NCBI GenBank assembly: GCA_963714275.1 | Contig: CAVQNT010000002.1 | Coordinates: 96,001 to 160,000, forward strand | Source of the DNA: Candidatus Bathyarchaeota archaeon | GTDB taxonomy: Archaea > Thermoproteota > Bathyarchaeia > Bathyarchaeales > DTEX01 | Direction of reading: 5' to 3' | Length of the DNA stretch: 64,000 nucleotides | Part shown: positions 63,059 through 64,000 of the stretch, piece by piece | Numbering within the stretch: the first letter of the stretch is position 1 | Layout: every line of letters begins with the position of its first letter | Notes under the pieces: model-generated | Database searches by the model: none | Seen by the model: the letters and a program-made list of their open reading frames with translations, nothing else | What the model was told of the DNA's origin: nothing | Position numbers and translations under genes: made by a program

Positions 63059-63280
63059 TTGATGAAGAGAAGCCGCATTTCGCAACAAAAAATTGAAACG
63101 ACTATGGACGCTTCTGATGATAAGCCGTCAGGAGCTGAAACATGCATGAACCCGTGGAACGGCAAATGCTTAAACACGAACATTTCATTGTACATTATGT
63201 ACAAGGGCAGCCGCCTTCCGATTTGCAGGAAATGCTGGGAGGTAATCTCGTCTAACGATTACGAATGGATGTATGATTAA
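63059..63280 (+). CDS. Small Cys-rich hypothetical protein
   Basis: CMNPWNGKC...PICRKCW; stop abuts radA start. Confidence 0.6.
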   Translation: MMKRSRISQQKIETTMDASDDKPSGAETCMNPWNGKCLNTNISLYIMYKGSRLPICRKCWEVISSNDYEWMYD

Positions 63281-64000
63281 ATGTCAGAAAACCTCGAATC
63301 CCTGAACGGCGTAGGCTCAACCACAGCATCTAAGCTGAGAGCTTCAGGCTACACGACGATAGAAGCAGTCGCAGTTACTCCACCACGCGAAATAATGGAG
63401 AAAACGAACCTAGGCTTCAACACGATACTGAAGATTCAAGAAGCCGCCAGACAAATGGTCGCCACCGATTTTAAAACAGACTCATGAATTTTATGAAAAA
63501 AGGCAGGCAATGAAGAAATGCACCACTGGCAGCAGAAAACTTAACGAGATTCTGGGCGGAGGAATAGAAACCCAAGCCCTAACTGAACTGATAGGAGAGT
63601 TCGGCTCGGGAAAAACCCAGATTTGTCTAATGCTTTCCGTTACTTCGCAGCTTCCGCATGAGCAGGGAGGCTTCGGAGGAAACGTTGCCTTCATTGACAC
63701 TGAAGGAACCTTTATGCCTGAACGGGTCTACCAAATCGCCACAGCAAACGGGCTTGACCCGCAGAAGGTGGCAGACAACATACTCGTTGCAAGGGCCTAC
63801 AACAGCAGCCACCAGTGTCTCTTGATTGATAGGTTGTTCACGCTTTGCCCAGAAAACAACATAAAACTCGTAATCGTGGACAGCATGATCAGCCACTTCA
63901 GGGGAGAATACGTTGGACGCGAAACACTTGCGGAACGCCAACAGAAACTGAACCAGTACCTTCACAAGCTCATTAGGCTGTCCGAAGCCTACAACATAGC
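63281..64000 (+). CDS. radA: DNA recombinase RadA (partial; frameshift near 63480)
   Basis: N-terminal HhH, then LGGGIETQALTELIGEFGSGKTQ, IDTEGTF and LAERQQKL. Confidence 0.95.

Overview
Archaeal chromosomal segment, most consistent with a TACK archaeon such as Ca. Bathyarchaeia (inference from aIF2, Nop10, L44e/S27e/L15e/L37e, proteasome beta, aCPSF1, EgsA, SepF, DnaK/GrpE, crenarchaeal-type SSB OB fold, many TTG starts). It is mostly housekeeping: translation, RNase P, proteasome, LeuRS/AlaRS, PurA, Cdc6 and RadA. Accessory blocks are an AT-rich dnaK/grpE/UbiA/collagen-protein region (1-5.6 kb), a small AT-rich island at 10.5-13 kb, a ModE-linked tungstate ABC transporter, sugar/aldolase catabolic genes, an orphan NurA-HerA pair and an HNH/MTase restriction-modification pair. 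The 10.5-13 kb island holds a decayed pilin start, an unidentified highly structured putative ncRNA and two nuclease-like genes. About 16 single-base frameshifts, many in essential genes, are best read as sequencing errors. Most notable unexplained signals: (i) the ~190-nt multi-stem RNA-like element at 11263-11456; (ii) a dispersed intergenic repeat with a 50-bp core at 27.2, 40.3 and 56.3 kb (possibly 33.0 kb); (iii) a NurA-HerA pair whose HerA lacks the GRK arginine finger; (iv) a GNAT-SSB OB-fold fusion; (v) an apparent inversion of the secE-L10 block. No tRNA, rRNA, CRISPR array or transposase was recognised.
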